NCBI RefSeq assembly: GCF_000148385.1
Contig: NC_014537.1
Span: 1,830,001-1,862,000 of the forward strand
Direction of reading: 5' to 3'
Origin: Vulcanisaeta distributa DSM 14429
Lineage (GTDB): Archaea > Thermoproteota > Thermoprotei > Thermoproteales > Thermocladiaceae
DNA length: 32,000 nt
Of the stretch, positions 8,312-16,764 are shown one piece after another. The position numbers were made by a program, and so were the translations under genes. Numbering within the stretch: the first letter of the stretch is position 1; every line of letters starts with the position of its first letter. The notes beneath the pieces were generated by a model. The model was not told the origin of the DNA. It worked only from the letters and a program-made list of their open reading frames with translations, and searched no databases.

Positions 8312-9697
8312 TCACCTTGATGTCCAAGGCTTTAAGCCGTATAGTACGTACGCCGTGATTATTGCGCCTATTATCACGGCAATGAAGAACACGAAACTGC
8401 TAACAGCCATCTGCAGGTTCCCACTTAGTATGTGCCCACTGGCACAGCCATTAGCCATCCTTGCCCCAAACAATACCAAGTAGGCTCCTATGAATGATGC
8501 CAGGGCCCTAAGACCTGGTGTGTTACCAAACCTATCCCTCCATATGTGCGGTGTCCATGGCTTAAACGCCATGAACCTCTTCGTTATGAAGACCGACGAT
8601 ATCAAGCCACCAAGGAATGTCCCTAAGTCAGAGAGCGGCTCCCAACCAATCTCACTAAATGGCTTATCAACAGGGATCCCATTAACAATCTTTAATCCAC
8701 CAAATAACTGGAAGTAAGGCAGACTGGCGGCCCAACGTGGATCTATGAAATACAGTATTTGGGACCAAATCCATGCGTATGTCGTTGATTCACCAAATAT
8801 CTGCCTAAGCACAATTACCGCAACCGCCACTAGTGTGAAGTCGAAGGCAAGTGCAAATATTATTCTTGATGAACGAGGCTGCTGAACTGAGACAGCCTCA
8901 ATTACATAGTCAGGTATTTTCGGATAATCCTCCTTAAATTCGCTAATCTCATCCTCAAGCGGCATTACTTCCTTGGTCTTGCCAGTTAAGTGGAGCACGC
9001 ACGCCTTACCACCCTGCCTTCTTGGTATGAATAACCACATACTAATCATCAAAATACCAAAGACTATGGCCACAATCAGCTCATCAATCTTAGTCGTCAA
9101 ACCAAATAGTGTGGGCCACGTTATTGGACCAAAGTTAAGGGTATCCCAGAAGAAGTACCTAGCCTGCCCAAATATTAACGACCAAGTCAAGGCGCCCAGT
9201 AATCCGCCAACCACGGCATAAATAGCATCTCTTCTTCCCTGACCAAGTGCAATCCATATAGTACCTGGGAAGTAACCAGCAATGGCCACACCAACACCAA
9301 ATATTAAACCTCCAATTACGACACCAGGCACGAAAAACGCCTTAATGCCCCAGTGGAGCGCAGGAACAAATAGGTTAAGCGCATAGAGAAGTATGGCACC
9401 AAGTCCTATAACTAACCCGAAGCATACCATCAATAGTCTATCCTTTAGAGTTATTGCCTTAATTATGACATCTGGATTAGAGAAATCCCAAATTTCCAAG
9501 GGAATTGATAATAGTATTCCTGCGAAGATACCAACCCATAATGGTGCAAGGGTTATATGATACACTAACTGCATAATAACACCGCCTATGAGCATTGCTA
9601 AGGCACCTATCAAAAGTATTGATGCCACCACCCACATTGGCCTAAGGTTTGCGGTGCCAACCTGTATTTTTAGGGATTTGCTACCCATATGGGTCAT
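8312..9697 (-). CDS. YeeE/YedE-family (sulfur/thiosulfate transport-like) membrane protein, two-half fusion
   Basis: 461 aa and polytopic. It has two hydrophobic halves separated by a charged loop (RRQGGKACVLHLTGKTKEVMPLEDEISEFKEDYPK). The C-terminal half carries ARMANGCASGHILSG, the Gly-Cys-x-x-Gly signature of the YeeE/YedE sulfur-transport family. Confidence 0.75.
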   Translation of the reverse strand: MTHMGSKSLKIQVGTANLRPMWVVASILLIGALAMLIGGVIMQLVYHITLAPLWVGIFAGILLSIPLEIWDFSNPDVIIKAITLKDRLLMVCFGLVIGLGAILLYALNLFVPALHWGIKAFFVPGVVIGGLIFGVGVAIAGYFPGTIWIALGQGRRDAIYAVVGGLLGALTWSLIFGQARYFFWDTLNFGPITWPTLFGLTTKIDELIVAIVFGILMISMWLFIPRRQGGKACVLHLTGKTKEVMPLEDEISEFKEDYPKIPDYVIEAVSVQQPRSSRIIFALAFDFTLVAVAVIVLRQIFGESTTYAWIWSQILYFIDPRWAASLPYFQLFGGLKIVNGIPVDKPFSEIGWEPLSDLGTFLGGLISSVFITKRFMAFKPWTPHIWRDRFGNTPGLRALASFIGAYLVLFGARMANGCASGHILSGNLQMAVSSFVFFIAVIIGAIITAYVLYGLKPWTSR

Positions 9698-9817
9698 AAA
9701 ACTGGATTTTTGGTTATATTTAAATACTTTTATTTCAAAATTATGACAAGTCGTATTGATAAATCGTTATTCATAATGATAGAAGTATTTTAATAACCCC
9801 TATTTACGTTCAAGTCG

Positions 9818-10273
9818 ATGCCAACGTTTAAGTTGGTACTTAGTGACCCAATGAGTGGGAGAGCTAAGCAGTTTGAGGTTAAGGATCCAATTGCCCAGAG
9901 GTTTGTGGGTTTGAGGATTGGCGATGAGATTGATGGTGGGGTAATTAAGGAGGTCTTTGAATTACCACCTGGTTTTAAGATTAGGATTACAGGTGGTAGT
10001 GGTGTTGATGGTGCTCCAATGCTACCGAACATTGAGGGTGCTGTTAAGAAGTACCTATTAATGAGTGAAGGGGTTGGTTATCACCCTGAGAAGCGTGGCA
10101 TGAGGAAGAGGAAGCTCGTTAGAGGTAATACAATAAGCGATCAGATAGTTCAGGTGAATGCAGTCCTTGTTTATCCAAAGGATTGGAAGGAGGGACCAAT
10201 AATCCCGCTCGGTGATAAGGAGGTTCAGAAGCTTGGCGGTGGTGCTGAGCAGAAGGCTGAGGAAAAGCAGTGA
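9818..10273 (+). CDS. rps6e: 30S ribosomal protein eS6 (S6e)
   Basis: 151 aa. MPTFKLVLSDPMSGRAKQFEVKD...LRITGGSGVDGAPM...GMRKRKLVRG are typical archaeal S6e motifs. Confidence 0.95.
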   Translation: MPTFKLVLSDPMSGRAKQFEVKDPIAQRFVGLRIGDEIDGGVIKEVFELPPGFKIRITGGSGVDGAPMLPNIEGAVKKYLLMSEGVGYHPEKRGMRKRKLVRGNTISDQIVQVNAVLVYPKDWKEGPIIPLGDKEVQKLGGGAEQKAEEKQ

Positions 10274-10287
10274 AAGGTTCATTGCTA

Positions 10288-10352
10288 TTTCTATTTCCCA
10301 TTCTAAATTATTTCATCATCAATTTAGATTTCAATTATTAAGGAAATAGAAA
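10288..10352. repeat. Nested inverted repeat (potential 65-nt hairpin) between rps6e and cren7
   Basis: The outer arms tttctatttcc (10288-10298) and ggaaatagaaa (10342-10352) are perfect 11-bp complements. The inner arms tctaaatt (10302-10309) and aatttaga (10321-10328) are perfect 8-bp complements around an 11-nt loop, atttcatcatc. It begins 15 nt after the rps6e stop. Confidence 0.6.
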
Positions 10353-10485
10353 CAATACTTAAGATATTATCATAATCATTGGTTTTATAGATGAAAAGGT
10401 CTCTTTCTATATTTATAATATTTCTTGTTTTTGTTTTTCATTTCTTTCTCATTTTATATCTACGGTTCTTTCTAAAGCGATATAT

Positions 10486-10493
10486 TTATAAAT
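10486..10493 (+). promoter_or_regulatory. TATA box of the cren7 promoter
   Basis: tttataaa is preceded by a purine-rich BRE-like aaagcga and ends 23 nt before the ATG at 10517. It lies inside the N-terminal extension of the tracked 109-aa ORF, which argues that the extension is not translated. Confidence 0.55.
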
Positions 10494-10516
10494 CTGCGTT
10501 ACAGAAGAGACAACGT

Positions 10517-10720
10517 ATGGTAAAGCTAGAGGACCTGGCGAAGAAGGAGTATGAAATAGAGTATGAAGGAAGTAAGTACAAGCTTAAGCCTACGAAGGTT
10601 TGGAAGGTTCAGCCTAAGGGTAGGAAGGGCTTCGTAATGGCCCTGTTCAAGTTACCTACTGGTAAGGTTGTTAGGAAGGTCGTGGCTAAGGTTGACGAGC
10701 AAGGCAACATAATAACCTAA
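10517..10720 (+). CDS. cren7: Chromatin protein Cren7
   Basis: 67 aa from the internal ATG: MVKLEDLAKKEYEIEYEGSKYKLKPTKVWKVQPKGRKGFVMALFKLPTGKVVRKVVAKVDEQGNIIT. The core KVW..(A/Q)PKGRKG....LFK.P.TGK matches the conserved Cren7 beta-sheet/loop signature. The size is right for Cren7 (about 60 aa). Confidence 0.85.
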   Translation: MVKLEDLAKKEYEIEYEGSKYKLKPTKVWKVQPKGRKGFVMALFKLPTGKVVRKVVAKVDEQGNIIT

Positions 10721-10786
10721 GCTATATTGATATTTAATAAAATATATTAAAGCGATTTTTATTTTCCTTAACAATAAGGGATTGGT

Positions 10787-11434
10787 ATGGATATTATTAA
10801 AATTAAGATAAACGTAGTGGGCTATGACGAGCTCGTTAACCTAATGCTAAATTGCACCAAGTGTAAGTTACATAAATCGAGGAGAAGGGTCGTTCCGGGA
10901 GAGGGTCCTTTAAATGCTAAGATAATGATTATTGGTGAGGCACCTGGTGAGAGGGAGGATGAAGAGGGTAGGCCGTTTGTTGGTGCCGCAGGTCAATTGC
11001 TAACTAAGTTGTTAAATAACGTGGGCATTAGGAGGGAGGAGGTTTATATAACGAATGTTGTTAAGTGTAGGCCACCTAATAATAGGGATCCTGAACCTGA
11101 CGAGATTGAGGCATGTAGGCCTTATCTAATTACTCAAATATTAATGATTAGACCTCAGATAATCATATGTTTAGGTAGGCATAGTGCCAGGGAGATACTC
11201 ACAATGGCGGGGTACCCGGAGAAATCCGTGTCTAACATAAGTAGTATTAGGGGTAAGGTGTTTAATGTTAAGCTTGGTGATCTTAACGTTAAGGTCCTAC
11301 CGACATATCACCCAGCCGCCGCGTTGTATAACCCAAGGCTTAGGGGTGTCATTGAGGAGGACTTGAGGAAGGTAAAGACGTTACTTGGTAAGGGTGAAGG
11401 GGGTGGAGGTATACTTGATTATTTAGGGTCTTAG
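10787..11434 (+). CDS. udg: Uracil-DNA glycosylase, family 4 (Fe-S type)
   Basis: 215 aa. It has CTKCKLHKSRRRVVPGEGPLNAKIMIIGEAPGEREDEEGRPFVGAAGQLL (family-4 motif A, GEAPG..E), VVKCRPPNNR, and HPAAALYNP (motif B). Confidence 0.9.
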   Translation: MDIIKIKINVVGYDELVNLMLNCTKCKLHKSRRRVVPGEGPLNAKIMIIGEAPGEREDEEGRPFVGAAGQLLTKLLNNVGIRREEVYITNVVKCRPPNNRDPEPDEIEACRPYLITQILMIRPQIIICLGRHSAREILTMAGYPEKSVSNISSIRGKVFNVKLGDLNVKVLPTYHPAAALYNPRLRGVIEEDLRKVKTLLGKGEGGGGILDYLGS

Positions 11435-11435
11435 G

Positions 11436-12836
11436 TCATAGGGTGCCGTTGAGGATTCTCCATAGTCCTCTCACGTACCCTGCCAGGTACGGTAGGGTAA
11501 TGAGGATATTTACTAGGTCGAGGTGCATTATGGAGAGTATAAATGCGGCGATTATGAGCATAGTCATTAAGTACTCTGGAATTAGATTTAGGCTTTCCCT
11601 GACCCATTTACGGGATCCCTTTGGCGTTGGTATCCACTCAATCCTACCAATATTAAGTAAGCCCATTAGGTTCGCAATGGCTATCCTGGGCAGCGCCATC
11701 ATGAAGGCCAAGTTCGCGCTATTAATTGCGAAGATGTCCCTACGGGGATTACCACCAAAGTCTTTGTCGAGCCTTAATAGGGAGTATAGGTACATAAGCA
11801 ATGATGGTACTACCGTTACTAGTAATACGATTAAGGCCCAGGGTGGTATGCTTATTCCAGCCATGTCCATCACCGCAAGCATTAATATTGAGATTAATTG
11901 CAAAACATATGCGAAATACTGCCCTAAGTAAAGCATTACTGTCACACCATGCCTTTTACGTAAGACCTGCCAAAAATATTTCCTGGTAACCCTACCAACG
12001 CCGAAGCTCCACCTCAACTGCTGCCTAAGGAACCCACCATAATTAACGGGGACTTCCACGTTAATAAGGGCATTATCAGCATATGTAACCCTTAAATCAT
12101 TAACAAAGAACCTCACCCCAAGCTCAACATCCTCAAGAACATCCTCAGGCCAATAACCAACCCTCCTCAATGCACCAATATTCACCAGGGAACCACTACC
12201 AAGTATCGGCACCCAACCGATTGAATCATTAAGGGCCTTTAAGATCTTAAAGAAGAGTAAATAACCAATCCACTGTCCACGTGCTAATAATGAATCATCC
12301 TTATTACTAGCGATCCAATGAGGGACTACGGCATTGGCTAAATTAACATGTTTGATTAATTCATTAATGGCTTCCCGACTTATTACCGAATCAATGTCGA
12401 GCACAAGCATGTAGTCATCATCACCCATTTCAATTCTTTTAATTACGTGATTTAGCGCACCACCCTTATAACCACTTGGTTTTTCCCTATGAATTACCCT
12501 AAAGCCGTACTTATTACCTAGTGTTCTTATGAGATTTAGGGTGCTGTTATCGTAATTATCGAGTATATAAATTACATTAAAACCCGATTGTAAAGATGCC
12601 AATCTCTTCATTGAGGCTTCCACCAGATCTAGGGGCTCGGATTTAGCGGGAATTACCAGGAATACCCTTCCTTCAATCCTTGGGTTATTGCTGTTTGCTT
12701 TATCTTCATGGATATTTCTATTCTTTCTGATAATAATCATTAATTGATACATTATTGGGTAAAAAGAGGTTATCGTTACTACGAGGTATATTATTGCAAT
12801 TATCATTTTGTAATTGATCATCATCACGTTACTCAT
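11436..12836 (-). CDS. Membrane-integrated family-2 glycosyltransferase with processive-type Q-x-x-R-W motif
   Basis: 466 aa. It has an N-terminal TM and a GT-A core (VIPAKSEP, YILDNYD, LVLDIDS, PEDVLEDVELG). This is followed by LRQQLRWSFG (the Q(Q/R)xRW motif of cellulose/chitin/hyaluronan-synthase-like enzymes) and four or more C-terminal TM helices. Confidence 0.85.
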   Translation of the reverse strand: MSNVMMINYKMIIAIIYLVVTITSFYPIMYQLMIIIRKNRNIHEDKANSNNPRIEGRVFLVIPAKSEPLDLVEASMKRLASLQSGFNVIYILDNYDNSTLNLIRTLGNKYGFRVIHREKPSGYKGGALNHVIKRIEMGDDDYMLVLDIDSVISREAINELIKHVNLANAVVPHWIASNKDDSLLARGQWIGYLLFFKILKALNDSIGWVPILGSGSLVNIGALRRVGYWPEDVLEDVELGVRFFVNDLRVTYADNALINVEVPVNYGGFLRQQLRWSFGVGRVTRKYFWQVLRKRHGVTVMLYLGQYFAYVLQLISILMLAVMDMAGISIPPWALIVLLVTVVPSLLMYLYSLLRLDKDFGGNPRRDIFAINSANLAFMMALPRIAIANLMGLLNIGRIEWIPTPKGSRKWVRESLNLIPEYLMTMLIIAAFILSIMHLDLVNILITLPYLAGYVRGLWRILNGTL

Positions 12837-12866
12837 TATTATGGTAACTTAATAACTTATCCTTAC

Positions 12867-13607
12867 TTAGCTTCTTAAATCACTTAAATCCAGGATCACA
12901 TCAACACGTATGTCCTTATTTCTTAGCTTGTCGATCCAGGCTTTACTCATGGAGATTAATACAGAGACACCCACTAACCTAGCCCCTGCGTTATTTACAA
13001 GCTCAATTAATGCATTTAACGTTCTACCTGTTCTCACGATATCATCAACGATCAAAACCTCATCACCCCTCTCAAGTAAATGCCTTGGTAGGTATAGGGA
13101 TACTCTGCGTGGTGGTGAGTCAACTATGTAACTAACTTCGTAAAAGTCCTCTGAGGCAACGTCCTTATACTGCTTGGCAATGGCTAACCTGGCGTTTAAT
13201 GCGTATGATGCCATTACCGATAGGGGTATTCCATCTGTAGCTGCTGTCAATACCTTATTAATTGGTAAGTCAGAGAATACGTCTTTAACCCTCCTTTGGT
13301 AAAGTTTGAGGATATATGGGTTAAACAGTACATTATTTAAGTCAATAAACCCATCCTTGATTATCACATTCCTTCTCAAAACCTCAGTTAGGTCGAGCAT
13401 GGGCCTTAACCTCTCCTTAATGATATTAACCGTGTCTAATGACGGTAGTAAATCACCATTGGCATACCTACAAAGTAGGCTCTCGGGTATGTTCAGTACC
13501 TGCGATAATTCCCTATATGATAAGTTATAGATGGATTTGGCTGAATTTATTAATTCAACAGCCTCTAACTGTTCATCAACCTTAGCGAGTCTCCTACCTG
13601 CACGCAT
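12867..13607 (-). CDS. HTH domain fused to type-I phosphoribosyltransferase domain (PurR/GfcR-like putative regulator)
   Basis: 246 aa. The N-terminal XRE-like helix-turn-helix is LSYRELSQVLNIPESLLCRYANGD. The C-terminal PRPP-binding loop is EVLIVDDIVRTGRTLNA. Confidence 0.8.
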   Translation of the reverse strand: MRAGRRLAKVDEQLEAVELINSAKSIYNLSYRELSQVLNIPESLLCRYANGDLLPSLDTVNIIKERLRPMLDLTEVLRRNVIIKDGFIDLNNVLFNPYILKLYQRRVKDVFSDLPINKVLTAATDGIPLSVMASYALNARLAIAKQYKDVASEDFYEVSYIVDSPPRRVSLYLPRHLLERGDEVLIVDDIVRTGRTLNALIELVNNAGARLVGVSVLISMSKAWIDKLRNKDIRVDVILDLSDLRS

Positions 13608-13751
13608 TTGTTTTAATCCTTTAAATAATTGTTTAAAAAGTTAATTGGTGAGAAATGTTCCGTAAATCATATAGTCACGGTAAAACTAAATATATTACTA
13701 ATGAGCATGTGGTGAAAGGTTTTTATTAGAAATTAGTTATTTACTTAATGT

Positions 13752-14429
13752 ATGAGTGTCGAAGAGAGAAGGGAGGAGACAGGCAGTGAGGAGGAGATTG
13801 AAAGGGGAGGAGCAACGGCTGAGCTTGTTAAGGGTAATATCCTAAAGATTAAGTGGGTTACGGGTAAGACCTCGGCGGCAAGGCTGTTTGGTAAGTACGG
13901 TAGGGAGGGTAGACCTGACTTCTTTAGGCTTCTCTTCGGAGCCATTGGCGGTAGCCTTAGGTCGCAATTCCCTGAGGATAAGGCCAACGAGTTATTTAAT
14001 AATATTAGGAATTCCCAAGGCTTCAAGGACTCGTTGGATGAGGTATTTGAGTCCATGAAGAGGTGGTTCTTTGATGAGATTGTTCCAAAGTATAAGCTTG
14101 AGCGTGGCGACGTATTTGTAATATCAACAACGCTCGAACTTAATATCGAGACTGGCGAGCTCAAGTGGGATAAGGGGTCCACACAGGTTATTTACTGGGT
14201 AAGGAGTGATAGGGTCGCTGAGAAGTGTAGGGAGCTTGGTATTACGGTGGGCGCTGGGGTTAGTGCAGAGGAGGTTGATAGGCTAAGGAGGGAGAGGGAT
14301 GAGCTGGCAAGTAGAGTTAAGGAGCTGGAGGATAGGGTTAATGAATTGACGAGTGAGAATAATAGGTTGAGGGCTGAGAATGAGGAATTGAAGAAGAAAT
14401 TAAAAAGCATTAAGCAGTTAGTTGGTTAA
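13752..14429 (+). CDS. Hypothetical protein with acidic N-terminus and C-terminal coiled coil
   Basis: 225 aa. The last ~50 aa form a heptad-like coiled coil (VDRLRRERDELASRVKELEDRVNELTSENNRLRAENEELKKKLKSIKQL). Composition is natural. The competing antisense ORF 13745..14182 is S/L/P-rich, as expected opposite an E/K/R-rich gene. No family recognised with confidence. Confidence 0.6.
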   Translation: MSVEERREETGSEEEIERGGATAELVKGNILKIKWVTGKTSAARLFGKYGREGRPDFFRLLFGAIGGSLRSQFPEDKANELFNNIRNSQGFKDSLDEVFESMKRWFFDEIVPKYKLERGDVFVISTTLELNIETGELKWDKGSTQVIYWVRSDRVAEKCRELGITVGAGVSAEEVDRLRRERDELASRVKELEDRVNELTSENNRLRAENEELKKKLKSIKQLVG

Positions 14430-15031
14430 CCACCATAATACCCAATTAAGACACCATAACCAACAATATCACCCACAGCAATAGACCTTATCAAATCAAA
14501 ATCACTCTCATTGGATGGTGGTAACTCCCTATTTAATGCAAGGACTATGATTACGTACTCATGGGGAGGACCGGGTGGTGGGCATGGCCCGCCATAACCA
14601 ACCTTACCAAAATCATTAATTCCCTGATAGCCAATGCCAGGCACATAGTATTGAGCTGGAATGCCCTGGGGCAGTTCCGTTATATTAGGCGGCACGTCAT
14701 AAAGGACCCAGTGTATGAAGACGCCGCCGGGCGCATTGAGGTCCTCCATTATTACCACGAGGAATTTAGCGTTACTCGGTACATTACTTATGTATAATGG
14801 TATTGAGTAATTTTGGCCATTGCACGTGTAATTAATGGGTATTTGAGAACCATTGTTAAATACTGAGCTTACGATTATCTTAGGCACGCCTATCGGGACC
14901 TTAACGAGACCTATCGTTACATATGACACCCTATGCCAAGTTGGTACTATGAGTAGGACTGCTATCGCTATGGCTATGATTATAATGAGGGCTATGATTA
15001 CGTAACCCAGCCTCATATCTCTATAAGCCAT
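14426..15031 (-). CDS. Membrane-anchored PEBP/YbhB-YbcL family protein
   Basis: 201 aa. The N-terminal anchor is LGYVIIALIIIIAIAIAVLLIV. The PEBP core motifs are FIHWVLYDVP and GYGGPCPPPGPPHEYVIIVLAL (compare GY.GPcPP.g.HrY.F.lyAL). Confidence 0.85.
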   Translation of the reverse strand: MAYRDMRLGYVIIALIIIIAIAIAVLLIVPTWHRVSYVTIGLVKVPIGVPKIIVSSVFNNGSQIPINYTCNGQNYSIPLYISNVPSNAKFLVVIMEDLNAPGGVFIHWVLYDVPPNITELPQGIPAQYYVPGIGYQGINDFGKVGYGGPCPPPGPPHEYVIIVLALNRELPPSNESDFDLIRSIAVGDIVGYGVLIGYYGG

Positions 15032-15073
15032 GCTTAAAAATACTTAATAGGTTTTGTTGTCCCGTAGTGGCGC

Positions 15074-16729
15074 ATGCCTGTAATCTCGTTTAAGCGAAGC
15101 GACTTAGAGGGATTACTGGGCAAGTACTTTAATAGCGAGGAGGAGTTAATTAAGGCTTTAAATAGGCTTAAGGGTGAGGTTGAGGGTATCTCTGGCGATG
15201 AGATAACATTTGAGGTTACCCACGATAGGCCTGATCTCTTTTCCGTGGAGGGTATTGCGAGGGCGCTCAAGGGCTTATTCAGGATTGAGGTTGGGCTTCC
15301 TAAGTTAAGCGTCGTTAATAATGGCTTTAGACTCATTGCTGAGGATGTCCCTAATAGGCCGTACATAATGATGGGAGTTGTGCATGACCTAAGGCTTAAT
15401 GATGAGGCAATTAGGCAGATGATTCAGCTTCAGGAGAAGTTACACGCGACGTATGGTAGGGATAGGAGAAAGATGGCTATTGGCTTCTATGATGCTGATA
15501 AGATAAAGCCACCGCTTACATATAGGCTTGAGAGACTTGAGGTTATTAGATATAGGCCGTTGGATAGTGATAGGGAGATGAGCGGTGTCGAGGTTATTGA
15601 GGGTACTGAGAAGGGTAGGCTGTATGGTAGGTACGCAGTTCATGATGGTAAGGCGCCAATATTAATTGACTCTGAGGGTAGGATTCTCGTAATAATACCC
15701 GTACTTGGTAGTGAAGATTTTAAGGTTACGGAAAAGACAAGGAATGTATTAATAGACGTAACAGCCACAGACCTAAGACTTGCTAAGTCAATACTTGCCG
15801 TTTTGGTTTACAACCTACTTGAGAGGAGTTCATCGAAGGTTGTTGAGATAGTAAATGTGAATGCGCCATGGGGTAACGTAGAATCTCCAGTACTGAATCC
15901 TCTCGAGTTTAAGCTACCTATTAATTTCGTGAATGATTATCTAGGCCTTAATCTAAGTAAGGATGACATAATTAATTACCTATTGATGTCTAGGCATGAC
16001 GTTACTGACTATGGCGAGGAGCTACTCGTTAAGGTTGCTCCGTATAGATTCAATGTGCTTCATGTCGTCGATCTAGTCGAGGACGTAGCCGTGGCCTACG
16101 GTTATGAGAACATCCCGAGAGAATTACCACCGCAGCCCGTTAAAGGCGTTAGAAATAGGTTGGGCGCCTTCGCCGATTTGATTAGGGATTTAATGGTCGG
16201 TCTCGGTTTTCAGGAGGTCCTTAATTATATGATGAGTAATAAAGATGTCATGATCAAGAGAACGATGTATGAGAGAAATCTTGTTGAGGTTGAGAACCCA
16301 AAATCTGAGCTTTATACGGTTATTAGGGATTACATATGGCCTCAACTAATGGAGGTTGCCGCCAGGAATAAGGCATTGATTGAGGGGGGTCTTAAAATAT
16401 TCGAGGTTGGTTATGTCGTGTCACCAAGCCAGGAAAGTGAGGTTGGGGTTAAGGAGAACTTAGTACTTAGTTACTTAATTAGCGGCCCTGAAATAACACT
16501 TACCGACGGCCTTTCAGTACTAAAATCATTATTAACAAGCCTCGGAATTAATTACTCGCTTAAGCCCTGTAAGTACATGTCAGGCCTGCCTGAGAGGACG
16601 GCCTGTATATACATTGGTGATAGGAATATTGGTTTTGTGATGGAGATGAGGCCCGACGTGATAGTAGCATTTGGTCTTGAATATCCCGTTGTCGTGAGTG
16701 AAGTTAAACTTGATGAGTTAATAAGCTAG
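15074..16729 (+). CDS. pheT: Phenylalanyl-tRNA synthetase beta subunit (archaeal type)
   Basis: 551 aa. The N-terminus MPVISFKRSDLEGLLGK is typical of archaeal PheT, with B3/4-like and B5 regions (HDRPDLFSVEGIARAL). The length matches archaeal PheT. Confidence 0.93.
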   Translation: MPVISFKRSDLEGLLGKYFNSEEELIKALNRLKGEVEGISGDEITFEVTHDRPDLFSVEGIARALKGLFRIEVGLPKLSVVNNGFRLIAEDVPNRPYIMMGVVHDLRLNDEAIRQMIQLQEKLHATYGRDRRKMAIGFYDADKIKPPLTYRLERLEVIRYRPLDSDREMSGVEVIEGTEKGRLYGRYAVHDGKAPILIDSEGRILVIIPVLGSEDFKVTEKTRNVLIDVTATDLRLAKSILAVLVYNLLERSSSKVVEIVNVNAPWGNVESPVLNPLEFKLPINFVNDYLGLNLSKDDIINYLLMSRHDVTDYGEELLVKVAPYRFNVLHVVDLVEDVAVAYGYENIPRELPPQPVKGVRNRLGAFADLIRDLMVGLGFQEVLNYMMSNKDVMIKRTMYERNLVEVENPKSELYTVIRDYIWPQLMEVAARNKALIEGGLKIFEVGYVVSPSQESEVGVKENLVLSYLISGPEITLTDGLSVLKSLLTSLGINYSLKPCKYMSGLPERTACIYIGDRNIGFVMEMRPDVIVAFGLEYPVVVSEVKLDELIS

Positions 16730-16764
16730 GAATTTAAAAGGTAGTGAACTCTCTTTAGGCGCTG

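Noticed and set aside
10391-10516. Hydrophobic 42-aa N-terminal extension of the Cren7 ORF, which looks like a signal peptide or TM anchor
   Set aside because: It is a translation of T-rich promoter DNA and contains the TATA box at 10486-10493. Cren7 is a ~60-aa soluble chromatin protein, and the Cren7 match starts at the Met at 10517.
11443-11989. 162-aa and 62-aa + strand ORFs
   Set aside because: They are antisense to the GT2 gene, which carries clear DxD/ED/QxxRW motifs. They have no motifs of their own.
13745-14182. 145-aa minus-strand ORF opposite the coiled-coil protein gene
   Set aside because: Its extreme S/L/P composition is the expected antisense image of an E/K/R-rich gene. The + strand product has natural composition and a coherent coiled coil.
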